Part shown: positions 25,344-36,700 of the stretch, piece after piece
Numbering within the stretch: position 1 is the stretch's first letter
Layout of the letters: every line of letters begins with the position of its first letter
Assembly (NCBI GenBank): GCA_964230645.1
Contig: CAXRHT010000003.1
Location: forward strand, 585,065-649,064
Source: Bdellovibrionales bacterium
GTDB lineage: Bacteria > Bdellovibrionota > Bdellovibrionia > Bdellovibrionales > JAGQZY01
DNA: 64,000 nucleotides
Direction: 5' to 3'
The notes under the pieces: model-generated
The model's database searches: none
The model's input: the letters and a program-made list of their open reading frames with translations, nothing else
What the model was told of the DNA's origin: nothing
Position numbers and translations under genes: made by a program

Positions 25344-27653
25344 CTATTGCGGTGAGATGAGTAGCTCTTTCTTGCTAAAATACATTTTCACTTTCTCCCA
25401 AGAGAGCGGAATTTTTATATATTCATTACGCTTCCAGAGTGCAGCCTGGTCATTGATTTGATCGTTGAGAATCCAGGCGTCCTGTCCTCCGTTAAGAACA
25501 AAATAATTTTCATCAAGAGAAGAGAGGTCACTGATGTGTCTTGCGCTGGCTCCGTAGCTTGTGGCCTCTTTTTCTTTATCGAATCGTCGGTTGTATTTGT
25601 TCACTGTATCTGAACTTCCGCTTACAGCACGATTTTCAAACCGAAAACGCTCTCCCACCAGCGGGAGCATCCCAAGGGGAGTGCTTTGCTTTTGCAAAAG
25701 GAATTCTCCCCAGGTGTTGAATTCTTTTTTGAACTCTTCCACCTCTACAATGGAGTCCTTGCTGAGTTTGACGATTCGTTCCTCAGGCATATCCTTTAGC
25801 CAGGTTAAGAGATAATCCTTCCAAGCCATACTGTCTTTTTCTTCTTGTTGAATTAGAGGCTGATCATCCCACCTCTTTAAATAATGCTGCCAAAGAGAGT
25901 AGGAGAGGCCATAAAAACTAAGAGCTTCTGAACTATCTTCTTTATAGTGACCATCCCATTGTGACAGCTCTTTGATCAGTGTGGGTTTTGGAAACTCTTG
26001 AGTTTGGTTCCAAGCACCTACAATTCTTTGGGCGATTTGAAATGACTTTCTAGAAAAATTATCGGTTTGTAGTTTTTTAAGGTCTTCGATTTTGATTTTC
26101 TTTTTACCGGATGTCACCTCTTTGAGTCTTTCCACGCGATCGTTATTGGCGTATCCAAAGGCAAAGGGAATTTCAGGAGACTCAAAAGGTTTGTTATTGG
26201 CTGATGCAATAAAGTTTTCAGAAGGATTATAAGGGTTGGGATGTTCTAAGGGAGATTTAATACGCACAATGGGATTGTCTCTTTTTTTGACAAGCTCCAA
26301 GGTTTTGTTTGAGTCTTTTAAAACCGGCTGTCCGTAGGCTGCAACCATGCCGATGTTGCCTTTGTCATCAGCATAAACCATGTTCATGGCTGAGACATTA
26401 TAAGCCCTGAAGGCTTTTTTAAACTCTTCCCAATTAGAGGCCTTCGCTACATCTAAAAAGGTTTGTATTCCATCGGAGCCTTTCCTCCCGACCCAATCCA
26501 GAGCCACTTTGAAGGGTAATTTTTCTTTATCAAAAAAATCAAGGTCGGAAAGTATGGGCCCGTACTCGGTTTCTCTAATATCCACAGTCTTTGACCACAA
26601 CCAACGTCTTTTAAGAGTTTCCGAACGAAGAGTAATTTCTGATTCCGGAAGGTCGGAGACATCAAATAAATGAGAGCTAATTCCTCTCATATTGGTTCCT
26701 CCCCAGGCGATATGTTTATTGCGTCCGACTCCAATAATGGGAACTCCGGGGATCATCATACCAAAGGCATGATAGCTCGGTGATTTAATGCCCATGAGGA
26801 GCCAAAAGTTAGGAAGAAAAAGGCCAACATGAGGATCATTGGCGATCAAAGCGCCCGGACCATCGGATTTCTTACCTGAAACCACGACAGAGTTACTTCC
26901 TGATTTAGAAAACGACTTTATTAACGAACTTATCGCGGGCTCTTTTGAGTTGTCAAAAGTGGCCGTACTATTTTTTGCCTCTTCAAGTTGCCGATGGAAA
27001 ATTTTCTCCCAACCCTTATTTTCGGCGAGTTTCAAATATTTAATGTAGATAGCCCAAGACAGGTCCGAGGCGACCACCTGAGAAAGAGTAATGACCTCTA
27101 GAGTAGTGAATTCTTTCACATCACGATTGATCGCTTGATGAGTGATAGGAGTCTTTTTGAGATTTTTGATATACCAGTTTAAGCCGGCGGTGAAGTTAGT
27201 TATCCACTCTCGACTTTCTTCTGACATAATAGCCCAACTATTTTTTGCTGCTCCCGAAAAGTTTAACATGCGAAGACCGTAGTCCACTTGTTCTACAACT
27301 GAAAAGGGGCCAGCCACTTCACTAAGGCGTCCTTGAGAAAGTAGGCGTAGGAGCTCTAACTGATCAATTCGAAGATGCGCATGCACAGCACCTACGGCAA
27401 AGGCCAAGTCGGAATCATTTTTAGCTTCAATAAAGGGGATCGAATAAGAGTCCCAGCGAATTTTTACTGTATTTTTTATGGGTGCCTTTTGGAGAGGAAA
27501 ATCAGCAAACCGTTCCTCCTGAGTAAGATCATCAGGATAGGTTAACAAAGTCGAACAAGATGTGGTCAATAAAATCAGGACGAAATGGAGGAGAAAACTT
27601 TTAAATATCAGAATCAGTGTCTTCCTTTTTGGATTGGCTAGTATTTTCTTCAT
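25344..27653 (-). CDS. Penicillin acylase / Ntn-hydrolase family (S45) lipoprotein
   Basis: IRWDSYSIPFIEA, GRLSE, catalytic GSNSVVVSG, ANDPH, SANN; lipobox-like LTTSC. Exact start uncertain (ATG 27653 overlaps the upstream gene). Confidence 0.85.
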   Translation of the reverse strand: MKKILANPKRKTLILIFKSFLLHFVLILLTTSCSTLLTYPDDLTQEERFADFPLQKAPIKNTVKIRWDSYSIPFIEAKNDSDLAFAVGAVHAHLRIDQLELLRLLSQGRLSEVAGPFSVVEQVDYGLRMLNFSGAAKNSWAIMSEESREWITNFTAGLNWYIKNLKKTPITHQAINRDVKEFTTLEVITLSQVVASDLSWAIYIKYLKLAENKGWEKIFHRQLEEAKNSTATFDNSKEPAISSLIKSFSKSGSNSVVVSGKKSDGPGALIANDPHVGLFLPNFWLLMGIKSPSYHAFGMMIPGVPIIGVGRNKHIAWGGTNMRGISSHLFDVSDLPESEITLRSETLKRRWLWSKTVDIRETEYGPILSDLDFFDKEKLPFKVALDWVGRKGSDGIQTFLDVAKASNWEEFKKAFRAYNVSAMNMVYADDKGNIGMVAAYGQPVLKDSNKTLELVKKRDNPIVRIKSPLEHPNPYNPSENFIASANNKPFESPEIPFAFGYANNDRVERLKEVTSGKKKIKIEDLKKLQTDNFSRKSFQIAQRIVGAWNQTQEFPKPTLIKELSQWDGHYKEDSSEALSFYGLSYSLWQHYLKRWDDQPLIQQEEKDSMAWKDYLLTWLKDMPEERIVKLSKDSIVEVEEFKKEFNTWGEFLLQKQSTPLGMLPLVGERFRFENRAVSGSSDTVNKYNRRFDKEKEATSYGASARHISDLSSLDENYFVLNGGQDAWILNDQINDQAALWKRNEYIKIPLSWEKVKMYFSKKELLISPQ

Positions 27654-28425
27654 CGAGCTCTTCTGGGGAGACAAACTCAACTCGTGAGCTAAAGCTAACG
27701 GAGGTTTTCTCACGGGGCTTATATCCCATCTTTTTGAGTCTGTTATGGAGATCATGGCCAACGGTGAGTAGAAAAGACTCAGCTACTTTTAAGCGATTGT
27801 AATGAGGGGAGATGAGCGAGTTTATTTTTTCGACATCTGCTTTTTTTACACAGCGAGCAGCGGGCTTTGAAAAGTTTTGCGTCAGTGTTTGCTCATAGAT
27901 ATCGCGATACTTTCGACTCATATCTAAATAGTTTCCTACCAGATTGTTGTAGTAATAGGAGAGTAGGGAAATAATTCTCTTATTTTCCATATGTCTAAAA
28001 AGCCCTCGGCTCTTAATTACTTTCAAATACTCATGACCCACATCGTAGTTGTTGTAGTGAAGAATAAGGGAAATGTTACAGATTTCGTCTTTACTCCCGC
28101 TTGCGGATAGGCTTTTTTCTTTTTCTTTGTCTTTGTCTTTGTCTTTGTCTTTGTCTTTGTCTTTGTCTTTGTCTTTGTCTTTGTCTTTGTCTTTGTCTTT
28201 GTCTTGGGCCTTTACGGCCTCCATTTCATGAAATGGCTCAATCTCGAAGCGAGCCACTTTTTTAGGTGGAGGCTCAGCCGGAAGCTGGTTTAGAATTTCA
28301 GTGAGATTAAAATCGAGTTCTCTTTTTTCAGTCAAATCCTGTTGGTATTGGTCGAAATGAAAAGCGAAATAAACGCCAATGAAAATAAAAAGTCCATCCA
28401 CAATTTTATCGGAAAGAAAGCCCAT
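27601..28425 (-). CDS. Membrane-anchored hypothetical protein with a (DK)13 tract
   Basis: N-terminal TM (IFIGVYFAF) and an internal DK repeat. Confidence 0.65.
   Translation of the reverse strand: MGFLSDKIVDGLFIFIGVYFAFHFDQYQQDLTEKRELDFNLTEILNQLPAEPPPKKVARFEIEPFHEMEAVKAQDKDKDKDKDKDKDKDKDKDKDKDKDKEKEKSLSASGSKDEICNISLILHYNNYDVGHEYLKVIKSRGLFRHMENKRIISLLSYYYNNLVGNYLDMSRKYRDIYEQTLTQNFSKPAARCVKKADVEKINSLISPHYNRLKVAESFLLTVGHDLHNRLKKMGYKPREKTSVSFSSRVEFVSPEELDEENTSQSKKEDTDSDI
28126..28203 (-). repeat. Perfect hexanucleotide microsatellite (GACAAA)13
   Basis: TTTGTC repeated 13 times without interruption on the + strand. Confidence 0.95.
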
Positions 28426-28521
28426 CTGACACCTTTTTGGTTAAGGTCTCTTTTTATCTCAAATTATCAGTTTTTTAAATTTTTTTTCTTGTTAGGGCTT
28501 AAGCTCTAAAACAGATGCCGT

Positions 28522-29376
28522 TCAGTCTTCGTCAAAATCAGCATCAGGGAGTTTTGTATCTAACGTATCGATTGCTGAGAACATAAATAGGGGGATATTT
28601 CCACGAGAGGACTCGGATTGCAGAACTTTGCGGATCTTTTTTAAGCAATTCCTCTGCAGCTTAACGACCTCCCTGTAGGCCTGTGAGTTCACCGAGGAAG
28701 AATAATTGGCGTTGATGGGAGTTAAATAAAGGTCTGTGGGGTGATCCTGGAATTTCATAAAATCTGTGAGGATTTTAATTTTTCCAGCAATGTCCTCTGG
28801 TGAGGTCGCAAACCAATCGCCCAGAGTATGATAGCGTCCCCCTCTTTGCTCAATATATTCGAGGTCCAAAAGATTCTTAATCACTTTTTCCCCGAGGTTG
28901 CCAAACAGACGGACCGCACGCTCTTTAGAAAGTCCCACCGGATGGCAGCAAAGTTTATAAATCAGATAGTACACGTCATTTTTGAGCATTTTATTGAGCT
29001 CAGGGTCAAAACGTCGGCTATGATCTTTTGCACCTGGGAAAACCTCATTGAGATAAGCACCAATCGGACCAGAAAATTGCTGGGTCAATTTGGGAATCTC
29101 TTTTTCCCCGCCGATATAACTGACAAGGTTAAGTATCGTACTGGCAGTGGGAAGTGACTTAAAATCTTTGTTTTTTATACGTCTTAAAGTGGGCTCGCTC
29201 ACATCACATCGCTGACTTAAAGCCATAAGACTGAGATGAGGATGCTTTTCAAGGTAAGCTTCGACCAGCGAGGAGAGGGCGTTGAGGAGAGCCTCTTTTT
29301 TGGAAGTCTCCTCATTACGATTCGATTTTTCGATGGCCTTTTGAATATTTATATCCATACATCCTCGGGTTCGCAT
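28522..29376 (-). CDS. HTH DNA-binding protein, TIGR02147/DUF4423-like
   Basis: N-terminal HTH-like LSLMALSQRCDVSEPTLRRI, winged-helix-like middle (LLDLEYIEQ), C-terminal domain of similar size to this family. The family call is by resemblance. Confidence 0.55.
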   Translation of the reverse strand: MRTRGCMDINIQKAIEKSNRNEETSKKEALLNALSSLVEAYLEKHPHLSLMALSQRCDVSEPTLRRIKNKDFKSLPTASTILNLVSYIGGEKEIPKLTQQFSGPIGAYLNEVFPGAKDHSRRFDPELNKMLKNDVYYLIYKLCCHPVGLSKERAVRLFGNLGEKVIKNLLDLEYIEQRGGRYHTLGDWFATSPEDIAGKIKILTDFMKFQDHPTDLYLTPINANYSSSVNSQAYREVVKLQRNCLKKIRKVLQSESSRGNIPLFMFSAIDTLDTKLPDADFDED

Positions 29377-30152
29377 TTTAAACTCTTCTCTTTACGGTCG
29401 AGGGCTTCCTCAGGCTTTAATGGCTGCGAAATCGACTGAAGCTGTTGCAACATTTGACCTGTTATTCCATTACCACTGAGCTCGCCACCAAGAAGTTTTA
29501 GGGTGTCTTCATGAATTGATCCAGCACACTCTGGAGTACTGATATTCTTTTTAAGGTGGCTCGCAATTTTACTCCAATCCAAATCAGGGCTTTGTTGATC
29601 AAGGTAGGACAAATCATCGATGGGTCCAAGGGGGGAGTTGATCACATTAAAGCCGCTGTCATAAATGGCCTTCAACAATTGCTTCTCTTGCTGACTGACA
29701 GGACTTCTTTCCATATAAGTGATTTCAATATCTCGGTAAAACTCACCATCACAACTCGGAATTCTTTTTTTCAAAGTTTCTTTAAGAACATAGTCCCAGT
29801 CAGACTCCTTCGACTTTTCAAACACACTCACCGAATAGTAGAGACTTTTAGAAAAAAAGCGGGTGATGACTTCCGTCCCATTCTCGTTCAGTTTAATTTC
29901 CTCCACCTCTGCCAATGGGCTAACATTAAGGCTCTTGCATGAGGAGGCTCCAGAGTCTTTACAGTCACTAAGACTTTTGAAAAACAGGTCTTTTCCATTG
30001 TGACAAAGTAAATTTCCCGGATAGCTTTCCATTCTTGAGATCACCACATGGTTATTCACTTTTACAATTTGTGGGTCTGAATTTAATTCATCGTGAGTCG
30101 CGGCAGCGCTAAATAGACACAGTGAGAGAGTGGAGAGTAGGATTTGAATCAA
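29349..30152 (-). CDS. Secreted hypothetical protein
   Basis: Signal peptide, several Cys; overlaps the start of the HTH gene. Confidence 0.6.
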   Translation of the reverse strand: MIQILLSTLSLCLFSAAATHDELNSDPQIVKVNNHVVISRMESYPGNLLCHNGKDLFFKSLSDCKDSGASSCKSLNVSPLAEVEEIKLNENGTEVITRFFSKSLYYSVSVFEKSKESDWDYVLKETLKKRIPSCDGEFYRDIEITYMERSPVSQQEKQLLKAIYDSGFNVINSPLGPIDDLSYLDQQSPDLDWSKIASHLKKNISTPECAGSIHEDTLKLLGGELSGNGITGQMLQQLQSISQPLKPEEALDRKEKSLKCEPEDVWI

Positions 30153-30272
30153 ACGAGCCCCCTTTTCGTCGCGATTCTAGAACTTAGGAGATGACGAAGC
30201 CTATGTCGAACTCTGAGCTCGACTTGTAAAATTATTCTATAGTTCTTCAACGCAACTCAGCTTGAAATAGAA

Positions 30273-30299
30273 AAAGGCCTGGACAGAGCCCAGGCCTTT
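30273..30299 (-). terminator. Rho-independent terminator
   Basis: AAAGGCCTGG/CCAGGCCTTT stem with T-tract on the minus strand, downstream of the paralog pair. Confidence 0.7.
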
Positions 30300-30324
30300 A
30301 TAAGCAAACAAACAGGTTAGAGAC

Positions 30325-30606
30325 TTAGTCTCTGCAGCTCACCTTAAAAGTGGCTTTTGTTCCAACAGGACGGAAAGATCCGTCTGCAGAAACAACATAA
30401 GAACCTTCGTTGCTGCTGTAAGTGTAAGCGTACACTTTTTGGTTGCCGCTGCATCCAGGAACACGAATTTGTCCGTTGTTGATCCCTTCAATAACTTGGG
30501 CCACTTCGGCTTCAGAGCTTACTGAAGTTGTGAAAGCCGTTGTTGTGTTGTCAGCCAAAGCTGTCATAGCGAAAAGTGTTGTTGCGGCGATAAGTAGTTT
30601 TTTCAT
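30325..30606 (-). CDS. Small secreted protein, paralog 2 (93 aa)
   Basis: MKKLLIAATTLFAMTALA signal, GGAG RBS, two Cys; near-identical to 30669-30950. Confidence 0.8.
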   Translation of the reverse strand: MKKLLIAATTLFAMTALADNTTTAFTTSVSSEAEVAQVIEGINNGQIRVPGCSGNQKVYAYTYSSNEGSYVVSADGSFRPVGTKATFKVSCRD

Positions 30607-30668
30607 TTTAATCTCCAATTCGTTAAAAAAAGTTAGTTAGTTAAAAGTAAGTGGTTTGTTTTTTTAAT

Positions 30669-30950
30669 TTAGTCTTGGCAACGCACTTTAAAAGTAGCTT
30701 TGCTTCCAACAGGGCGGAAAGAGCCGTCGGCTTTTACAACATAAGAACCTTCGTTGTTGCTGTAGTTGTAAGCGTAGACTTTTTGTTGACCGTTACATCC
30801 AGGAACACGAATTCGTCCACTGTTGATCCCGGCGATAACTTGAGCCACTTCGGCTTCAGAGCTAACAGAAGTAGTGAAAGCAGAAGTTCCCCAGTCAGCA
30901 GAAGCAGTAAGAGCAAAAAGAGTCGTTGCAGCGATTAATAGTTTTTTCAT
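30669..30950 (-). CDS. Small secreted protein, paralog 1 (93 aa)
   Basis: GGAGGA RBS before ATG 30950; MKKLLIAATTLFALTASA signal; tandem duplicate. Confidence 0.8.
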   Translation of the reverse strand: MKKLLIAATTLFALTASADWGTSAFTTSVSSEAEVAQVIAGINSGRIRVPGCNGQQKVYAYNYSNNEGSYVVKADGSFRPVGSKATFKVRCQD

Positions 30951-31340
30951 TTTATCCTCCAAAAGGTTGTTTGATGTTGATTGCGTTGTTTTTGTTTTGC
31001 TGTTGAGCCAAGAGGTAAGGAAAACGAGCGAATTGGTCAAACTCTTACAAGACTCGAAAATCATTAAATAAAACAGGAACTCGCCGCATGTTTTGAGAAG
31101 ACGAGTCAGATCCAATTTTTAGAATTTGATTCGTCGTGGAGAAGAAAAAGAGCCTTTTTATAAAATCACGACGAACCTAGCCGCCTTTGCGTGACGACCT
31201 GTTTAACGCAAGCTTTCAGCGACAAACCTCAGCTGAATCAGGTTTTAGAGATATTCCCGAGGATTAAAAAGTTTAGATCTTCGCGACACTTGTCTAGCCG
31301 ATCTGTTGCGCCCACAAGCCCCTCAGGAGACAATAAGTCT

Positions 31341-32453
31341 ATGAAATCGCAAGCAAAAAATGTTTTCCTCACTCTCTTTGTTCTGATCACCTTTGGTCTT
31401 ATCCAAGTTTATTCTTCTAGTTATATCTTTGCTGTGGATAAATATGGGGATGGTCTGCTTTTTTTTAAAAAACAAATTATTTTCGTTTTAGCGGGACTCT
31501 TTCTCATTGGTCTTGTGGTTAAAACTCCTCAGAATTGGTTGATCCGTTTTGGTTGGATTCCCTGGACAGTTGCTGTCATTGGGCTTCTCTTAACATTTGT
31601 ACCAGGAATCGGGGTGAGAGTGGGAGGAGCGCAGAGGTGGATCCCCTTAGCTTTTGGATTTCGCTTTGAGCCCTGTGAACTTATGAAAGTCTCTTTGCCT
31701 CTCATCTGTGCCTATTTTCTTTCCCGTCCTGATGATCAGTGGGGGAGGTGGACCTGGGTCATTCGTGCCGGTCTAGTGTTGGGCCCCATTGGTGCTCTCC
31801 TTTTACAGCCCGACTTTGGCTCCTTTACGATTTGTCTTATGGTTCTAGCCACTATTCTTTTTGTTTGTGGTCTGCCTTGGCGCTATATTTTTGGTGCACT
31901 TATCGTATTGGTTCCGTCTTTTTATTTTCTTGTGATGACTGTTCCTTACCGAAAAGCCCGTGTTTTAGCTTTTCTTGATCCATTTAAGAACGCTGAGTCC
32001 AGTGGGTTCCAGTTGATTCAAAGTATGATCAGTTTTCAATCGGGTGGGGTCAATGGTGTGGGTATTGGCAACGGCCAAGGAAAGCTGTTTTTTCTCCCTG
32101 CCGCTCACACCGACTTCACCCTGGCAGTATTAGGAGAAGAACTTGGTTTTATTGGTTTTATTCTTTTATTAAGTGCCTATGGCTTCTTAATATGGAAGTC
32201 CTTCCAACTGGCCTTCTCATTAAAGACTCTTGAAAAACAAGTGCTAGCACTTGGTCTTACCGTCACCTTCGCCTACTCTATATTTGTGAATGTCGGAGTG
32301 ACGTTGGGGCTTCTACCAACAAAGGGTCTCACCCTGCCATTTCTGAGTTATGGAGGAAGTTCTCTGCTAATTAATTGCTTTCTTTTCGCCATACTTTTGA
32401 ACCTTTTTATTAACTATCAAAAGCCTCCGGCAAGACGAGTCCGTCGCCGTTAA
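31341..32453 (+). CDS. ftsW: SEDS peptidoglycan polymerase FtsW
   Basis: Start at ATG 31341 (AGGAG upstream). GAQRWI, LQPDFG, FFLPAAHTDF, LPTKGLTLPFLSYGGSS. Confidence 0.92.
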   Translation: MKSQAKNVFLTLFVLITFGLIQVYSSSYIFAVDKYGDGLLFFKKQIIFVLAGLFLIGLVVKTPQNWLIRFGWIPWTVAVIGLLLTFVPGIGVRVGGAQRWIPLAFGFRFEPCELMKVSLPLICAYFLSRPDDQWGRWTWVIRAGLVLGPIGALLLQPDFGSFTICLMVLATILFVCGLPWRYIFGALIVLVPSFYFLVMTVPYRKARVLAFLDPFKNAESSGFQLIQSMISFQSGGVNGVGIGNGQGKLFFLPAAHTDFTLAVLGEELGFIGFILLLSAYGFLIWKSFQLAFSLKTLEKQVLALGLTVTFAYSIFVNVGVTLGLLPTKGLTLPFLSYGGSSLLINCFLFAILLNLFINYQKPPARRVRRR

Positions 32454-32593
32454 ATAAATATAATTTCAATGACTTGAAGTGGGTCGATCGGCCCACCTGA
32501 ATAAAGTTTAAACAGTCGTGAAAAGACTTCCTTGTGAAAGAATAGCGCTTAAATTCTTTCATTTCTACTGTCATAAATGGTGAAAACTAAAAG

Positions 32594-33721
32594 GTGGTCG
32601 GTGTGATTTTTATGTCTTCGAGATATCGTTTCGGTGTCGTTTCTGTTGTCGTTCTTTTGATTTCTATTTCTTCCTATGCGAACGAGCCTCAAGGGGACGT
32701 TCAATTTGATAAAGGACATCCACAAATTAACGAAAAAGTGGAGACGTTTGCTAACGCTGTGGCTCAGGCTTTTTTCTCAGACTTCAGTGAAAGCCAGGTG
32801 AACTTTCAAAGAACTCCAGAAGGCCTTATTGTTAATGAAATGGGTCAGGGGCGATTGTTTGGTCAGTATCAGGGTCTTCTTGAAAAAGAGGGAGAGTCTT
32901 CCGAGGTGATGGCCGATTTCTCCATTCAGATGGGTATCGAACAGGAACGTCAGCGTGAGTACGAAATTCACGTGGGTGCCAGTGGCGAGATTTCAAATCC
33001 TACTCTTTTTATGAATAATTACCTGAACCAAATCGCCTCTCAATGCGGAGGCTTTCGCCTCACTCAAAGACCTGTTCAACAACGCTACCTTTGTGATTCA
33101 ATCGCTCAAGAGGAAGATCTCCTGAGTGATAACACTACAGCTCCTCAAAAAGCCGCCCGAATCGCAGGAATCATGAAACAAGGCTTACTCTCTGAAATCG
33201 AAGCAATGACGGATCGAAGGCTAGAGCCTATTAAGGCAGAGTTTCTGGCTTTTGTTTCAGACAATATAACGATTACAGAAAACCCTGAGGAAACTCTTAT
33301 TCAGGTAACCATGGGTGGGCTGGCTTCAAATTTTAGAGACGATGCTGGACTTTTTCTAAATGATCACGACTTAATTGATTACTCTTACGACCTTATCGAA
33401 ATTCGTGTCAGTGAGGCATCCATTCAGTTTAACTATCATATGATTAAGTACCATGTGATCTCGGCTTTCGACACGGCCATGATGGGTCTTGGCCAAATGC
33501 AAGGAACCCTTGAAAACCCAAACATTGGCCAATCCATTGGAGAGGGAATTCGCGGTGAACAAGGGATAAAGGAAGCCATCCGCAGTAACGCTCGCTGGAG
33601 AGATCTGATCTCTTCAGTGGGTGTAGTAGGAATGGATCTTCTTTTTGGAGGCGAAGACAATAATAGCGAAGCGGAGGAAGGTCTCGACTCTCCTGAGCTT
33701 GAAGAGCTAGGGCTGGACTAA
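32594..33721 (+). CDS. Secreted acidic hypothetical protein (first gene of the aPBP operon)
   Basis: Signal peptide ending SSYA; 2 bp from the next ATG. Confidence 0.7.
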   Translation: MVGVIFMSSRYRFGVVSVVVLLISISSYANEPQGDVQFDKGHPQINEKVETFANAVAQAFFSDFSESQVNFQRTPEGLIVNEMGQGRLFGQYQGLLEKEGESSEVMADFSIQMGIEQERQREYEIHVGASGEISNPTLFMNNYLNQIASQCGGFRLTQRPVQQRYLCDSIAQEEDLLSDNTTAPQKAARIAGIMKQGLLSEIEAMTDRRLEPIKAEFLAFVSDNITITENPEETLIQVTMGGLASNFRDDAGLFLNDHDLIDYSYDLIEIRVSEASIQFNYHMIKYHVISAFDTAMMGLGQMQGTLENPNIGQSIGEGIRGEQGIKEAIRSNARWRDLISSVGVVGMDLLFGGEDNNSEAEEGLDSPELEELGLD

Positions 33722-33723
33722 GC

Positions 33724-36700
33724 ATGGACAATTTTATCGTTTTAATGGTGGCCGCTCTCGTTTCCCTCCACCAGTATTTACCGGAGGATTCTGAGACCAC
33801 ACACAAGTATTATAACAATGTGGAGCAAATGCAGCGTCTGGATATTCTCCCTGCCGCAAATCAGTCTTGTCTTTACCTCTACAATTTATCAAAAACAGCG
33901 GGGATCGAAACCTTTGGAGCCGATGGAGCGTTGGGAATCGCCGCGGGAACCCTTCTAGAACAAGGAGACGGACTGGGAGCCGCTCTTTCGTTGCTTGAAT
34001 CAGATGCTATGGCAGAAAAGCTAGAGTCACGGGGTCTTAATCCAAGTGAGCTAAAAAACTTTTTTACTCGTTTATGTAATCCTGAATTCGATCCCTATAG
34101 CTTACCACAAGATTTAGAGTCTAAGGTGGAAGATTTCTTAAAAAATGAGATTCAAGTGCTTGATCAGCAGGACATTCACTCTCTAGGAAACTTTCAAGTC
34201 TACGGCGGCGTTGAAGTTTACGACAGTCAACTTCAGCCGGTAGGCATCCAAGGCGTGATGGAGAGAAAGTGGACGCCTTATAATGAAATCGGTCATGGTC
34301 TCTTTATTAGCTTGTTGGCGGCTGAAGATGAGCAATTTTTTAGTCACGATGGGGTGAACACTCTTTCAGTAGCAAGGATTATAAAAGAAGCCCTTTCCAG
34401 TGACTCTGCCTCTGGTGGTTCCACCGTTACAATGCAGCTTCTTAAAAACCTTTACTTTGATAATTGGAAACCCTCAGAGATCGCCGAGTACAATCAGGGA
34501 CAACTTGAAGATGTTTTGAGAAAGGTGAGAGAGTGGTATTGGTCGAAATCTTTTGAGCAAAATTTTAAAAGCGAGCAAAATCCTCTAGCTCATAAAGAAA
34601 AGGTTCTAGAGCTTTATTTTAACCTGGTGAATTTTGGCTTGGGTGTTCAAGGTATCCATCAGGCCTCCCAATTTTATTTCGGAAAAAGACCCAAAAACTT
34701 ATCGGTCGCAGAGTCGGCTTATCTAGTGAGTTTGTTAAAAAGGCCGGCTTTTTATTCCGAGCCGGAAAACTATTTGGCTTGGACCAAGCCAAGACGTGAT
34801 GACTATATTATCAATCGAATTGTTGAGATCTGCCAGCAAGCGGGCGATCAGGCACGTCCTCAAGGGGCTTTAAAGCTTATCGATCTTTGTAAAAGCACGG
34901 ATATGGATAGCCCGGAAGAGGAAGAGATTGCCTCGATAAAATCCGAACCTCTTCCTTTGTGGAGACCTTACGAATTGCCACAGGTAGAGCTTGCTGAGAG
35001 CGATTTGCCAGAAGCTTCACCGATTGCTGTCAATTTCACAGCCTCATTAACGCAAGGCTCAGCAGACTCCGAGTCGACAACGGAAGCTCATATTCCTTTT
35101 CTTCGACAAGCGGATAAAGTCGTTCAGCGAATAGTGACCGAGAACCCTGGTATGCACAAAGAGTTGAAGGTTAAGACCACGATGGACTCTGAGCTGCAAA
35201 AAATTGTTTACTCTGCTGTTAGAGACAAATTGGATGCCTACGATCGGGAGCGCTCTTCGAGTCGATACATAAGACCTGCCAACGATGACCGAGGTCAGAG
35301 GGCCCGTCTTCGCAAAGAAGATTTAGGTTTTCGCTTTCTCTATAATATCGATCGTTTCACGACAAAACACTGGCGTCCTGATTATCGACTCCTTTTTAAT
35401 GTGACTTTAAGTGCCGCTCGCACCAAGGAGATCACTCTTGAGCTTGCAAGTCTTGAGAGTGCTTTTATCAGTGTGGGCTTGAGTGAAGAGGCTAGCGACA
35501 AAGCTCAAGACGTTCTTAGGCAGCTTTTGTCGAACTCTAGGGATGTTGGCCAAGTGGATTTTGTAGAAATCACCCCCGAGGGAGGGCGCGTTCTTTCGCC
35601 ACAGGAAGTGTTAGCTTCTCTGGACCTTTCGGAAAGTGAAGCCGAAGAGTTTCGAGAGTATTATTCCACAGGGTCAGTAGGACAAAATCTTATTCAAAAC
35701 TCCCTCAACCGACTGAATCGTTACAAACAGAGAAAAGATCTCGATCCGATTGTACGTACCGAAGAGGGCGAATTTCTCACAACCGGTGGTCGGTCTGTCG
35801 AATTGAGCTCCTCTTCTCGCCAGAGAGCCAGTGAACTCTCCCAAGGCAAAACCACATTTTTCTGGGGCGAGGCTTCTGGAGAAGACGGGTCCTCCTACAG
35901 TCTTGCGGCTCCCAAACTGCAAGCGGCGGTACTTGTTGTCGATAGTCAGACAGGAAAAGTCCTCGCTAATTTCGCGGGCTATGAAGCCGAAGCTGCTTTT
36001 TTTGACCGAAGCCTAGAGATGCAGAGACAGTATGGATCGGCCCTAAAACCTTGGGTGTATTATCTCGCTTTAGAAAATGGTTTGAGTTTATCGACCACCC
36101 TTATTAACTCTTACGTAGAGTTCCCTTACGCTAACGGCACGAAGACCTACCGTCCAAGAAACTTTTCCTCTGGCACAACAACCCACGTTTCTTTACAAAA
36201 CGCTATGATTAGCTCTTATAACATTGCCACTTATAGCCTATTAAAAACACCGGGTTGGGATGGGGAACTTCACTGGAGAGAGCGTTTTAATCAGCTGCGA
36301 AGTTTATTAGAAGATGTTGGCATATACGAAGAAACTGAAAACCAAATTCCTGTTGTTTTAGGAGCGCAAGTCTCCACTCTGCAAAAACTTGTGGATAGTT
36401 ACACTTATTTTTCCAACGGATCAGAAATTAAGAAAAGTTATATGGTTGAAGGTATTGAAGACTACTTTGGAAACACTCTTTATCAACATCAGCCAGAGTC
36501 AATTGGCGTTCCTTCCAGACGAAGTTATTCTTTAAGAGATCTTCAGGAAATTTTAGCAAAAGTTGCCAACCGAGGAACGGCAGCGAGGTTGCGCAATTTT
36601 ACGCGCCAGCTCTCGGACGGTCGTTTTCGAAGCCTTTGTTTCAATGGTGAGATTGGGAGTGACTACCAAACTTGTTTTGGTGGTAAAACAGGAACCTCCA

